62,000 nt of DNA from Octopus vulgaris (lineage: Eukaryota), in the NCBI GenBank assembly GCA_951406725.2, contig OX597817.1, positions 87,936,001-87,998,000 of the forward strand, read 5' to 3'. Of the stretch, positions 41,602-55,045 are shown piece after piece. Under the pieces are notes generated by a model. It saw only the letters and a list, made by a program, of their open reading frames with translations. It searched no databases and was not told the origin of the DNA. Positions within the stretch are counted from its first letter, which is position 1. The number at the start of each line of letters is the position of its first letter. The position numbers and the translations under genes were made by a program.

Positions 41602-41975
41602 GTTTAAAATTTTGGCAGAAATTTTGGGGGTTGGAGGTAAATTGTTTAGTACTTATTTTATCAACGCTGAAAGGATGGAAAGCAAATTTGAACTCAGAAC
41701 ATAAAGATAGCCAAAATGCCACTAAGCATTTAGCCCAACATGCCAGCAGTTCTGCCAGCTCACCGCCTTATTAATAATAATAATGGTTTCACTTTTTGGC
41801 ACGAGGCCAGTAATTTCAGGGGAGAGGGCTTAGTCAATTACATCAACCCCAGTGCTCAACTGGTACTTATTTTATCGACCCTGAAAGGATGAAAAGTGAA
41901 GTTGATCTTGGCAGAATTTGAACTCAGAACATAAAGACAGAAAAAATGAATTTAAGCATTTCCCTAGTGTGCTAA
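39900..41975 (-). mobile_element. Array of six co-oriented SINE family B copies (about 39900-40100, 40120-40325, 40350-40555, 41410-41565, 41600-41770, 41790-41975)
   Basis: Repeated GGATGAAAGGCAAA.T.GAC.T.GGCAG.ATTTGAACTCA blocks separated by (AAT)n. Confidence 0.82.
40565..41409 (-). mobile_element. 5'-truncated 3' fragment of the same Tx1/L1 family
   Basis: Reverse complement aligns to 26080-26925 (VAVAKE.VW.T.LKGLKT...FFKFHLKRK.RV); same GTGGCTAATAAA end. Confidence 0.88.
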
Positions 41976-44351
41976 TAACCATAACTTCATTTAAAAGACT
42001 CAGCTATCACAAACATTTATAACTATTGACAACTGTTATCAACCACTTTTGTGATTCTTTATATTGGTTATTCTGTAATAGAATCAATTGGAAACACAAT
42101 AATCTACCAAATTACTTATAACTTCATTAGTTACAGTTCTTGTTTTAATGAGATGTCATTCTTTGCATACATTACAGGTTTCTTTTAGATATATATTTTT
42201 CCAATTACTAAAATATATTTTAATTTTGTTCATCATTGTGGAATATAGATTCTTCATTGCCACTCAGAGAAATTCCTTGTAAGTTTAATCAATATTTTAT
42301 ATCCAAATATGTTTCATAGAGTAAAGAAAACCAGTTTATAGTAATCTAAGGCTACAACCCAGTTTGAATTCTTAATTGTAGATATTTTCTCCTCTTGGTT
42401 ATGCTGCTTATACTACCAAATCTCTTCCTCTCTTTCTTGTAAAACAAGGCTATGTGACTCATTAAAACAGAATGAATGCCAGCATTTAAAGAAAGACAGT
42501 TATTGTCAATAAGATTATTTAATGATTAGAAACAATATGGAAAGAAACTGAATATATATAGAATAAAAAATGTTTATATTTATTTCTCTACAGTTCAGAA
42601 ATCCTTTTGAGAGAACAATTAATGTTCCTTTAATAAAATATGTTACCACAATGAAAGCAGTCTCAAATTTTGAATCAAGACTTATAGAATAATTAAAGCT
42701 GATTAAAAATTTGAAATTATCAAAACTCAGCTGAATTGCAATTCAGGTAATTTTCATAATTATGTTTTTCCAATATCATAATAAACGTATTTTGTCATAT
42801 TTAGATTTCCAAATAATTAATGTAATATTTAATTATGTATTGTTCAGCTTATAATGATGAATTAATAACATAAATTACTCTAGGTGATGATTCCTTTCTA
42901 ACATATATTATATGGTATTAAAAAGAATTCATTGAAACGTGTGTTGATTTTTAAAAAAACTTTGCTTTATATCAACTCCCAACACCAGCAAGATTTCTAC
43001 TGCATCTACTATAAATGGAGAACTTCTTCAACTGATGTAAAATGACATATTCCATTGTTTTGCAGATCTATTAAATCAGATTGTATATTTTTTTTAAGAA
43101 ATGGTATCCAAAGAAATTTGAAAGACAATAACAAAAGCTTATAATTTATTTTTGCATCATATTGTCTCAGTGAGTTATTGAGATGAGCAACAATGGCAGT
43201 TTAGCATACTTCTGTACACTGAACAGCTTCAACAGGCATGAAGGTAGATTTCATATTTTAAACTAAAAACAAGACACAGTTGAGAAAAAAAAAAGACAGA
43301 AAAGAAAAGAAAGAACTACAATAACTCGAGTGGTACGCATACACAAAAAAAAATGAATAAATAAAGAAAACAGTTGTGGAATTTCAAAATATACAAAAGG
43401 TATTTTTATACAATATTTTCACATATATATGTATATATATATATATGTGTGTGTGTGTATTTGTGAGAGTGTGTATGTACATATATATGTGTTAATTCAC
43501 ATATATTCAAATATTTGAACATTTAATGAAAGACAAATAAATATATGATATGTTTTCCAGACATGTGTCTGTGACCAATACATAAGGAAGTTGTGTCTGG
43601 TTTAAAAATGATAATTGATACCTTCATAAGACATTGACTTCAAACACATAACCACATGCTGATATCCACAGTAAGTAAAAGGGAAACAGAGAATCCAGCT
43701 ATTTTACATGATCTGCACACAAGAATTATAGAGCTATTGCAGATAGATTATTATTTTTTTTTATACATATCTATCAACAAGATATGAAAAAAATAACTTC
43801 CAAATGGTTATGAGTGCTTGTCTACCTCATGTGCATTGTATGGCATTGAGGAAAGAGTTAAATGTTAAGGTATGAAGAGAGAAAAAACACCCATCTTTTA
43901 CAGGTATACATACTTAAGCCGTTCTTCTTAAAATAAATTTTGGCTGGATCATTCCATATATATATATATATTAATGTCATAGACATTAAACAAAATATTT
44001 TTTTATATATAACTTATTTTGTAAAAGTCGTCTAAATATTTTTTTAGTTGATGTGATATTTCAGTGTTTTCCAAAGCTCATTAGAGTAAGTTAATAATAG
44101 TAACGTTTGAAGATCTTGAAATATAATAAATATAATACTTCAGCAATATATAGTATACAAGATGTTTAAAACTAATAAAAAAAAGAGGTAACTAAAATTT
44201 TACCCTCCTCAGCAAGTGAATAAGGGAGGGACTGAAACAGCCTTAAAAAAGGGGAGGAAACTCAGTTGACCAACTTAATTTTAGTTGGTTGAACCAATGG
44301 GGAAGAGTAAATGAAGAAATAAAGACAGTTATCTCTGAAATTATTAAAGAG

Positions 44352-44664
44352 TCAAGGTGTGAGTGGAGGTAAATTCACTGCCCAATAACCTTTGTGAGAA
44401 TAAAAAGAACGTGCTAGATATTCCAAAAGTTTCACGGAATCATGGAAAACATTGGCCGGGTTGACAACAAAATCTGAACAGTAGTTTATAGTAGTTAACA
44501 ATGAACAATACTGTCGGTTAGTTTTAAGGTTTCGGAGGGCATTCAGTGCTTGTTTACCAGGTGAGTGCAATACAATAGACATCTCTGGATGAACTCGTAA
44601 AGTCAGATCAGGGTGGAGAGTGGTTTGCAGAAATACATACAAAGCACGACAGGTGAGCCGGAAT
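44352..44664 (-). CDS. EPG5: EPG5 last coding exon (FRLTCRALYVFLQ...KQALNAL...stop)
   Basis: tttcag|A TTC CGG...TGA at 44352-44354. Confidence 0.92.
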
Positions 44665-47600
44665 CTGAAAACAAATACAAATTATTATTACACACCAATT
44701 AATTATATTTCATTAACAAGTATACATGCACACAATGGCATACACCTGTATATGAGTATGAGAATATTCTTAAATAGAGTTGAACTTCTGTAGTGACTTG
44801 TGATAATAAACTTGAATTCAGCTTTCAAAAGCACTCTAGTAAATAGCTTTGAATGCATGTGCAAAATTATATGAGCTCCGTCATAAATTTACTAAACTGG
44901 AGGCAGCCAATCTATGTTCTACTTCAGACCTCTTCATTCTAGTCTTTGAAGTAATATATCATCATCATTATTATTGTTTAATGACAACTTTTAGATATTT
45001 GCATGGGTCAGATGGAATTTGTTGCAGATATTCTACCATCACAATGTCAATACTTAACACACAAACATATACATATATTTACATACACACATATATATAT
45101 CAGGCTTCTTTCATTTTCTGACTACCAATACTTTCATCAAACTGGGGCTACAGTGGGAGACACTGGCCCAAGATGTCATGCAGTGGGACTGACCACAAGA
45201 CCACATGGTTGAAAAAAAGTTTAACAATATGGCCATATAAATACATACACATATATACCTACACATATATACACATATACATAATATACAAATATATGTA
45301 CATGCATATATACATATGTATATCTGTATACGTATGTGTGCCTATATATGCATGAATACAAATATATATATACACACACACACACACACATATAAATATA
45401 TATATATATACACACGCATTTTCCTTTACTTGTTTCAGTTACTGGACAGTGGCCATGCTGTGGCCTTGAAGAGTTTAGTCATTCCTAGTAATTTTCCTTT
45501 TAAGCCTAATACTTATCTTTTCAGTCTCTTTTTGCTGAAACATTAGGTTTCAAGGTCATAAACAAACCAGCACCAGTTGTCAAGTGATGGTGGGAGACAA
45601 AGACATACATACATACATACATAGATATACATAAGACATGCTTCTTTCACTTTCCAGCTATCAAATCCAACCACAAGGCTTTCATCAGTCTGAGGCTACA
45701 GTAGAAGACACTTGCCCAAGGTGCCATGCAAGATGACTGAACATAAAACAAAATGAGATGGACAAACTAGGATGAACAAGGAATACATCCATCTAATTTT
45801 GTTTTGTTATGTTTTGGTCATATTCCCAACAAGTTCTCTTGCTGGTTACCTCCAGGGTGGAAGTAATATTATCAATAATGGCATGAAATTGCGCCTGACC
45901 CCCGCTGACCAATAACTGATGAGGAGTTGGTGACCTTCTGTGTTTGTTCTCTGTTCATCTGTGCATTTAGTGTATGGTTTTCGACTTGACCTTCTGTGTC
46001 TTTTTTCCGTTTGTTTGTTTATTACTATACATGTTTGACTTCTGAAAATATTATAGGCGTAGGAGTGGCTGTGTGGTAAGTAGCTTGCTTACGAACCACA
46101 TGGTTCCGGGTTCAGTCCCACTGCGTGGCACCTTGGGCGAGTGTCTTCTACTATAGCCTCGGGCCGACCAAAGCCTTGTGAGTGGATTTGGTAGACGGAA
46201 ACTGAAAGAAGCCCGTTGTATATATGTATATATATATATATGTGTGTGTATGTTTGTGTGTTGTGTTTGTCCCCACCAACATCGGTTGACAACCAATGCT
46301 GGTGTGTTTACGTCCCCGTAACAAAAGAGACCGATAGAATAAGTACTAGGCTTACAAAGAATAAGTCCTGGGGTCGATTTCCTCGACTAAAGGCAGTGCT
46401 CCAGCATGGCCACAGTCAAATGACTGAAACGAGTAAATAGTGCAATACACTCCTTATTTTTGACCTATACACACACACACAAATACATAAATATATATAC
46501 AAGCATTAGTACAAGAAAACTATTATTGTTCTTAAATCTCTCAATGAGAGATATTCAGTAGCAGCACTTGAAAGTAACAACGATTATTTGCCAATCTAAT
46601 GTGGCAGTCCCATTTGGGGTGAATGCTATATGACACACAATCTGTGTCCTTTATAGACATGCATCACATCAGATTGGCAAATAATCGTTACAAGAAAACT
46701 ATTATCACCAAACTCCATTATTAAGGGAAAAGTATGCCTTACTTGATGGACAAAGTAGACCTTCTGCCTAAACCAATAGCTCCAAGGATACCAGTTGTGT
46801 CTTTATCTTCAGCCAATGGAGTCAACATGTGAATGAATGCTGATAGTATCTGTGCAATGTCTGTAGTGGAACAAGTCTTATTCTCCAGTTGAGAAATCAT
46901 CTGACAAAAGCATTTGTGCCACCACAGTAGCATTTTTCCTTCATTGTCACTACTAAAGAGATAAGGAAAGAAATTTAACAAAATGTCAAAACTGAAAGAT
47001 GTACATTTTGAAAAATGTAGAATGTAGGATTAAGAGAATGTTGGAAACAGAATGTCTCCTGTAAGCTTGTATACAAGGGGGTACTGAAAAGTTCTTGGCT
47101 TTAAGGGTATCACAAAAGGCCTGGTTGGAGGCCCAATCTTCTGAGTTCTTTTCCAGGGCTTAGAAAAATTGAAAGCCTACTGCAGTAGGTGTGTGACTCA
47201 TAATTAATTGCAATAGGTGTGTGAATGATAATAAACTGATCCTCCTGTATTTTCTTTTACCCAAAGCCAGGAACTTTTCAGCATCCTCTCATTGTAATAG
47301 AATTACTTTCCAATTGAGATAGAGCAGATAAATACACTGATGTTAGTGAAATGCCAAAAGTGAAAATAATAAAATTTTGCATTAAATAGTAAGTTAAAAT
47401 TTTTGACAATCAATCAAAATATTTCTTTCAAATTTTGGCACAAGGCCAGCAATTTTAAGAGGAGGGGGAAGTTGGTTACATCAAACTCAGTACTTGACTG
47501 GTGAAAAGCGTGAAAAGCAAAGTCAACTTCGGCAACATTTGAAGTCAGAATATAAAGTGTTGGAGGAAATGCTGCTAAGCATCTTGTGCAATCAACCAAA

Positions 47601-50600
47601 ATATTAGTTTTAAATTTTGGCACAAGGCCAGCAAGTTCAGGGGAGGGGTAAGTCAATTACAACGACCCCAGTGATCAACTGGTACTTACTTTATCGACTG
47701 CAAAAGGGTGAAAGGCAAAGTCGACCTCAGTGGAATTTGAACTCAGAATGTAAAGACAGACGAAATGCAGCTAAGCATTTTACTCAGCATGCTAATGATT
47801 CTGCTAGCTCACTGCCTTCCAATCAACCAAAATATTAGTATTTAGAACTTTTTATCAGATTGAAATAGACTCAAAAAAATGGAAGGCTTACCTAGATTTT
47901 CCTTTTGTACTCCATTCCAGCACTTTCCAAATGACAGCTTGTTCTTCACTACAGTCAGTTGCTGAGGAGAGCTGTTGTAGGAGGTAAGCATGGAGTGTCA
48001 GGAATGCACCTTGCTGTAGACATTCTTCAAGAAATTCAGCCAGGTTCAATTCAGGAATTTGAATATTTAACAAAATAATGTCCCAGTTACTCTTTTGGAA
48101 GCTTCCATCTGTTTGAGATTTAATAAAAGATGAATGCAGATTTAATCATATGAAGCTAGCAGTATGCAGTAAATTATACCTATACATGTATGCGTACATA
48201 TTTTGAACACATAAACACAAATACTCAAAGATAAATAGTTTGGTTCATTAACTATATCATATAACAATAGAACTTCAGTAAAAAAAAAGAACCTATAGCT
48301 TATAAACCAATGGAAGCAAGCTTTATCTGTTGCCTTCAGTAAGGCAGGAACATTCTTCTTTGTAAGAAAATGTAGAGAGTTTCATGTAGTGATACAAGAT
48401 ATTGTGATTACAGAAACAGTGCAAGAGGCATGTAGATAGATAATGTCTGTGTGGAGTGTAAAAGAAGGGTGAAGGCTGGTAGCGAGTGTTGTTACAAGTG
48501 ATAGTAAACAGATTATTAATCTACAGAAGAAAGAGTATAGGAGACTGAACCAAATCCTGACACAAACCAGAGTTAATATAATGGGGGTTGGGGAGAGAAC
48601 CATATTGATATATATATATATATATATATATACATTATGATGAAGCACTGAAGTGGAAAGAATCAAAGGAAGATAACTTTTTCACATCAAGCATAAGTAT
48701 GAAAATTCTGCTGACATCAAGATAAACAACATTACTTTTGCCAAATTGCTCAAATACAAAATACCCATGTCCAGAAAATTCACTGTAAACATTTTTGCAA
48801 TGGGAAATTTCACCATAAAGAAGGCACGTAAGCAGACTGTAAACTAGATAACTCATTTTAAAGAAATTATCTTTTGCTAATTGGTAGGTTAGTTGATGAA
48901 GCAGCCATTTTTAAAAAACAGCTATTTTTTTTTTTTTTTTTCAATTTACTTTTTACTTTTTTTCCAACATATTTTCCTGCAGTTAAAATGTTTATGATGA
49001 ACTTTCCTATAACCCAAAATACCTGCCAGTCTGTTATGCAAAAGGAAGTCTTCAGTATTACCCTTAATACCCACAAAATACAATTTATCATGAGACTCAA
49101 CACCTCATTGGCAGATTTACTGATTTAGCATCATATTTAGATTTATAAATGTTAAGAAGATAATTTTTTGTATTAACTAACCTGAAGTGAAATAAACATC
49201 AACACATTTCTCTAAAATTTGTACAACATTTGTAAGACTAGCCAAAGAACGACAAGCAGCAGCAATGGCTGGCATTAATAGTATGCTGTGGATGGAGGAC
49301 TCTAACCAGCTGTAAATGGTACTGGTAATTAGTTCACTGATTGTTCCTTCTGGATTACAATTATTCAAAAGACTATACACAGTTTTCATCATCTCCACGG
49401 ATTCCTCATTTTGCACATATCGATCAGCAACTGGAAATATATTAGTAGAATAATTAGAGTTTAACAATAAAACATTACAGTAGAACAATATGTAGTAACA
49501 GTTATAGTACATCAATGCTAAGAGATAACCACTTAATTGTAAACAAGCACCCGGGTGCACTACGACTCAGCAGCAAAGATTAAAAGAGGAGACAGCAGCC
49601 ATTTGTCAAGTAAAGACAACAATGAAAGCTAAACGTGCATGCAAACTAGCCAGAATAAAACATAAACAGATACTAAAAGAGCCATAAAGAGGAAAGATTA
49701 CATAAGACTTAAGATTTCACCAATTTGGTGATGCAGCTTGTGAGACTGATTGGACAGTGGTAGACAGGGATGGTGTAGTTGCTTTTTTTCAAACAGGGGA
49801 ATAACTCTTGCAATTTTCCATACATCTCTCCACAAGTAAACAGAATTGCAGAATAGTTTGACAATAAAGCATTATAGAAGAACAGTATGTAGTACCAAAA
49901 TAGTACATCAGTACTGTCAAATAATCACCCAATTCTTATACATCTCTCTACAAGAAGTAAAATTTCAATATCTAGACAATCAATTTAATTTATATGAAAT
50001 CATTACTTAGCAGCAACCTGACACAAACATTAACCAAATTTAATTAAACATAATGTTTTATTTTGTTTTGAATCTTTATTTAAGCAAGTTATATAGAGAC
50101 TTTAGGATTAAATGCTGAGATTAAATAGAAAATTAAAGAGAATTTAAGTGCCATATATTTCTGAAATGAGTTTCTCACTGAAATAAAGCTGAAATGAGTT
50201 TCTCACTTAAATGATTTATATATGAAAAAGAAAACTTCCGGTCTTATTTAATAAATAATAATAATAATAATTGTGTACAGTGCTCAGGTGCACTACAACT
50301 CATCTAAAGTGTATATATAATCAGGTGTAGTTTCGGCGGATTTCGGAAAGCATGAGGGCCTTAAAAGATGCAGTGTCATGGCAGTCAACAACTGACGCAG
50401 GCAGTTTATTCCATGCTTCAGCAATTCTGAGCGTGAAAAAATGTTTCCGAAAGTCATGGGAGCTGTATTGTTTTCTGACTTTGTAGGCATGTCCACGTGT
50501 GTTAGACACATCTCCATATTGTCACTATTTCATAAACTATTAAATGTGACTCAGATAGATAGGTTGTTTATTAATAGAAGAATCATTAATGCTGTGAATA

Positions 50601-53600
50601 TCTTATCAAAAATACTTGCAATGGCTCAGGTGACTTAACTATAAATAAATACTATGGACAGGTTCCACATACTACTAGAAACCTCAAGAGACAGGCAACA
50701 CAAACTACTCAGCCCTCCTACTTACATATCTACAAATATATATCGCTGAGCACATATACACACACACACACAGCTGCAACTATTGGTTACCATTCTATTT
50801 TGCACATAGATAACATCTATGTCTACTGTCTCCTATCCTCTATTTAACAGTAAGCACCTGTGGATTTATAAAATAACCAAACAATTTCAAAACAACTTGC
50901 TACACAAACTTATTAGGAATTTACATTGATGAAAAGAAATCAGTTTCTCCTTCCTTACCTGCCATCTCAACTGTTTCTATTTCAGTCAAGATATTAAGGA
51001 TGCTGTTACTGAATGTTTCTTCATTTATATCATCCTGGTAAGAACACTGGCAGAGAAGCTGGATCACGCAGTACACATAACCAACTCTCTTCTTACTAAT
51101 TTCACTGTTCCAATGAGCAGAACTGTCACAGTCAAATTTTGAGGCAGATTTAATCAAGCTAGAAATAGAAATGAATTTCTCTTTAAAGACAAAATTTCAA
51201 AAAGAAACAAATTTAAACATAAGTTATTGATACTGTATTGCAAAGAACAAGATTAACTGATTGGTATGCAATAGCTAACTTATCAATCATAAAATAATGG
51301 TTTCAAATTCTGGCACAAGGCTATCAATCTTAGGTGAAAGGATAGTCAATTACATCAATGCAAGTGCTCAGCTGGTACTTATTTTATTGACCCTAAAAGG
51401 ATGAAAGGCAAAGTTGACCTCAGTAGATCAATCATAAAATCTTTCTTAGGATTCTTGTAGAAAACGGGATGACAATTTTCTACAGATCAACAATGTGTAT
51501 CTCAATTCCAATATCCTTCACTGTCTTAGGTAGCAGTGTGGGTGTCATTCTAAGTGCATTAATTACCACAGAAAAGTTTTTCACCTTTGTGTTCCATAAT
51601 CTCTACAACTCTCTGGCTAGGTCCCGATATTTCTCACTTTCTTGGGTATCTACTCTATGGTATTGAAAACTTATGATCTTACACTGTTTTTCTTTTTTCT
51701 CCTTTTGTCATCTACAATTATATCTGGCTTTCTTACTTCAATAGTATAGTCAGTTTTTATGAAGATATCCCATAAAACCTTCTGATTGTTTTTCACTATC
51801 ATAATCTTTCTAGCTTGTGTTCATATCACTTTTCTGTAACTATGAATCCACACTTGGTTAACATCTCAATGCACTCTTTTACCAACACAGTTATGCCTAC
51901 ACCTATATTCTTTTTCTGAACTCGCTTAAGACATAGTTAATACTTTCATCTCCTTCAACACAGATTCTGCATTTGCTTTCTGTCTGCAAATAAAGCAGTA
52001 TCATCAGCATACTCCCCATTTTGTCATGGTTAAATGATGACAGATAGTAGATTTTGTAAGAGTGAAACTAAGTTTTTAAATTTTGTCAAACTAAGATACA
52101 AAAGCCATAGTCCAAGTTGACAACAACTGAGAATGATGTAAATGTAGAAGATATTGGTCTAGATGCCAATGCCTCAAAGACAGCAATACATCTGTTACAA
52201 TCAACAGTATTCAATAAGCACAATGAAGCAAAACTCTCTAAAATCAGCAAAGGCCTTTATGTATTTAGGGAATAACATTGCATCTTCAGAAAACAATGTG
52301 AAAATTCATTTTGTGAAAGCATGAACTATTGATGGCTGCAAAGTCATCAGGAAGTCATTGCTTACTGATGATTTTAAGAGAATCTTCTTCCATCTTACTG
52401 AGGAATCAGTGATATTGAATGGGCCCAGTGCTTGAACACTTACCAAACACCTGGGAGCAAGGTTTGATGGTGCTTACATCTGCATTTTATGTGCCATTCT
52501 GAATATCTCATAAAAAATGCATCTGACCAAAGAGACAGTATGGCAATATTCTTGCAATTATTCAATGCAATTAGAGAGAGAGAGGTATTTGTTTTGTAGG
52601 ACATTACTAGAGAGCTAAGCAAGAACTTGTTAATGATATTCTCTATGGACACTCTGACAGGGATATACATGGGTTGATTGGCCAATTAAAACCTTGATTG
52701 ACCAGCTCTGTACAAACACATGTACCCCTTTTTACCTGCTGATTGCTATAGGGCACCGATGATCAAATCAGGCCAAACCACATCAAGTTTGAACTTATTC
52801 CAATAATTTTGGATGTTTTTAAAACACAACTGATAGAAATAATCTTCATTTTGGATTTTATACTGTATGGGGGGTGTTGAACTATTTACATGTCTACCTC
52901 ACATTGGTGTAAGACAAAGTCAGTTTTTTTAAAAATTGATTTTTTTTAACTGTGTAATAATTCAATGAAGCCCACCTGTTACATAGGAACTGACACCACT
53001 TTAAAAAACACACACAAATAAATTAATAATTTTGAACAGAGCAAGAACGCTGCCCAACAGACAAAACCAAAACCAAATAACATTACACAGGGAGACTTTC
53101 TAAATGCAGGGAATGAAACAAAGGATAACATTTCAGAAAAACCAAAAAACCAGTAGCTTGATAAATAACATGTTTGACAACATTTATATACACACCCCAA
53201 AAAAAGATACACACATCATCAAACAAAAGCTTTGAATGCAGGTCACACCCTGTCACTGGCAAATGCACTTGTAAATGAAAGCACTTTTATTTTCACGAAA
53301 ATAACAAATGCATGGCAACATTATGTCACAAGAACAAGTGCTTCTCTACCTGAAACTATCACTCAGGCATGAGAGAAAAGGAAAATAACTTACCTATGCT
53401 TTGCCAATACCACAGGGGTTTTCCTGGTGCCCTCCACAAAGAGGCAGCCTTTGTAGATACATGAAGCAAAATGTCCTTCATAGGGAGAAGGAGGTCATAT
53501 AACACAACATGCATTGTTTTTAAGACTGAGGACAAGTTGAGAGCATGGGATATGACAGTAGTTAAGAGAGTAACACACCTATCAATAAATGGGTCTCATA

Positions 53601-54975
53601 GTATTTGGGACGGAGTTAGTTATAACATCAACCCTTAGCTCACAGTTACGTTTATAGCATAATTGAGGCAGGAGGGATCACTAAGTCATACTAGTCCTCA
53701 TGACTCTACAAGACCATAAAATGGTCTAAGAATTATAATTTGTGGTAGGTGTCAAAAGAAAGACTCTCAAAAACTGATTTTTCAGAAAAGAGACCCATTG
53801 GTACCCATGCAGCAGCAACAGTCATTTAAGAGCTTTCCTTCCAGCAGAGCTGAAAGGAAGAAAGCATACAAACAGCATGAACAAAGGAGATTTAGGCATC
53901 GCCCAATATTTCTCTCCATGAATGTCTCAAGCAAAAGTATTAGATGGAGCTCTTTCCACCACAGAAAAAGTTTAACACTGCAAGTTAAAAAAACACTCAT
54001 CTGTTTTACAACACTGCTGCTCTTCACAATGAAGAATTGTTGCTAAAGATTGAACTGTTTGAAAGTTAAGTATCTAAGAGACAATGCCATGATGCTGACA
54101 AGGTGAAAACTACAAACTTCAAATCTCTATCAATCATCTTATTTCTTTATTGCCCACAAGGGGCTAAACATAGAGGGGACAAAGAAGGACAGACAAAGGG
54201 ATTAAGTCGATTACATCAAACCCAGTGCATAACTGGTACTTTATTTATCGACCCCAAAAGGATGAAAGGCAAAGTCAACCTCGGTGGAATTTGAACTTAG
54301 AACATAATGGCAGACGAAATACCACTAAGCATTTTGCCTGGCGTGCTTACGTTTCTGCCAGCTCACCGCCTAAACTCTATCAATCATCTTGGCTATCTGT
54401 GACTCTCTCAGGAACAATACATGAAATAAAACTGAAATTAGCGTAAGTTGATAGCCTGACTGACATTTTATTGTTGCATTGATAAAACAATGTATCAACC
54501 ATCTTTATTAAGTTCATTTAGTAGAGTTCAAGATTCAGGATTGCGTTTTCAAAATGTTTCTTGATTTCTTCTAACAACAAGCCCTAATATATAACTGACA
54601 CATGCTGAACTCAGAGGAATCAAAATTAAAGCTGAATACAGCAAGATTTTTAACTCAGATTTAGAGGTCACCACATTTTCCTTGGTAATTGTCTTCATTA
54701 TTTAAATGATAAACCTTGACTAAAAGCAAAAATTAAAATCTCACTAACCGTAGTTCCAATGCCTGTAAAGATGACCTCTGTGCAAGAATTGCTCTTGGAT
54801 CACAGTGCTGTAGATACCAGTTGACTGACTGGCTGAAACTATTGGAATCTAAGTAATTCCAACATAACTTCTCAGCCATCATAAACATTAGTATTACTTC
54901 TTCAGTCTGGAAGGAATCAAAACAGAAAACAAACTAAAACAAACTGCAAATCAGGGGAGGGGGAGGGGAGGGAAG

Positions 54976-55045
<70 letters not shown>

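Noticed and set aside
45916-45923. CTGATGAG as a third hammerhead
   Set aside because: No downstream stem II closure, GAAAC or NUH in register.
52440-52685. Minus-strand ORF as an EPG5 exon
   Set aside because: It is the antisense of an RTE remnant, and exons 54749-54906 and 50959-51158 join directly.
53770-54090. Possible DNA-transposon protein remnant (FVHA..CMLSSF..GRKALK on minus)
   Set aside because: Similarity needs frameshifts and is too weak to name a family.
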